This document shows, piece after piece, positions 62,957 through 64,000 of a DNA stretch of 64,000 bases. A program made the translations under genes and the position numbers. How positions within the stretch are numbered: position 1 is the first letter of the stretch; every line of letters starts with the position of its first letter. This DNA comes from Camelus ferus (lineage: Eukaryota). The notes beneath the pieces were generated by a model, which did no database searches, was not told the origin of the DNA, and worked only from the letters and a program-made list of their open reading frames with translations. The stretch lies in contig NC_045696.1 in NCBI RefSeq assembly GCF_009834535.1, forward strand, positions 7,690,001-7,754,000, read 5' to 3'.

Positions 62957-64000
62957 TAGGGGGAGTGGATTATCATATGGGGTTACCTTTTCTTTGCATC
63001 TTGAGCTATGGAACAGAACATGTGTGCAAGACAGACCAGATTGGTAGAAAGCCCTTCAAAAGGGTTTAGCATTCCTGTCTTTGGCCATGGACACCACCCA
63101 AAGGGTAGCTCATCAAACAGACTTTTTCTTGTACTTCTCCACGCTCCTGCTTCTTGTAGAATTAGAAATGGTGAAAATAAACATTTAATATATTATTTGG
63201 TAATAAGAAAAGAAAGTTAATTTCAAGAATGGGTGTCCTGGCAATCTCTCTTCCATTCTTAATCTGACCTTCCCAGGCCATGGAAAAGTTGCCTCCTTTC
63301 TGACCTTCAGAAGACGCTCCAGGCTGGTGAAAGGGGAGTAAAGAATCCCCGTTTCACCCCAGCACATCCTTATCAGGCAAGGAGATGGATCCAGAAGCAG
63401 TTTCAGACGTTCTTAGGTCCCTGGTCACCCAAGCATCAGCTTCTCCCTGTTGCCCGCGGGAGCTTGATTGGTGTTCGAAAATCTGTAATGGACAGAAAAC
63501 ATGTGATTGCGTGTTGGAAGTGCCAGCCAAAGGATACAAGGCTTATGTCTCCAGCCCTGCTATCAATAGGCAGTATTATTCTGGGCAAGCTACTTCATAC
63601 CCTCAAAGCTCTGTTTCCCTCCTGTAAGTGAGGAACTGGGCTGGATGCGGAGATTCATAAGGAGGGCCCACAGATATCAAGGAGGCCCAACGATGGCTTC
63701 AGGGAACCAAGGACTCCTATCAATGTGGGAGAGACGAAACATTTCCCTGTGGGGGAGAAGCCATAGCTTTTATTAAAGTCTTAAGGCCATGGGAGGTGGT
63801 CAGGAGACAAGGAGCATCTTTGGGGAAAGATTCAGAGTCACCAGCAGGGCTGCTATCTGGCCCCTGGGAAGACACAGTGGAAGCTGACAGTCGTCCGTGT
63901 CGCTATTTCCCCCAGGACTTTGGATTTTCTGAGTATACGGGAGATTTTTCAGCACTGCACACACCTAACTGAATGCTTTGTACAGCCACTGTGTATGTTG

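Overview
Mammalian genomic DNA, probably camelid (inferred from two tRNA-derived Vic-1-type SINEs and the young L1 3' ends). The window lies inside holocarboxylase synthetase (HLCS, biotin-protein ligase) on the + strand. Bases 1-56119 are the 3' part of one very large intron. Three phase-compatible coding exons follow (56120-56187, 57658-57818, 62768-62882), encoding the GKGRG biotin-binding loop and the KWPND and K-x-GG motifs. The rest is transposon-derived (MLT1, LTR16, MER41-like LTR, MIR, L2, old and young L1, MER3/5/20/53/58), plus a 9-copy 61-62 bp minisatellite and microsatellites. I found no new multi-gene system, and nearly all listed ORFs are spurious. The best leads are a polyadenylated LTR-like 3' fragment retrocopied with a perfect TSD, a candidate intronic promoter with a strong downstream donor, a sense MER41-like LTR carrying a GAS motif between catalytic exons, nested insertions that reused one target site, and several splicing oddities. 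Repeat family names and human residue numbers come from my recall of consensus sequences, not from a search. Old-repeat boundaries are approximate.
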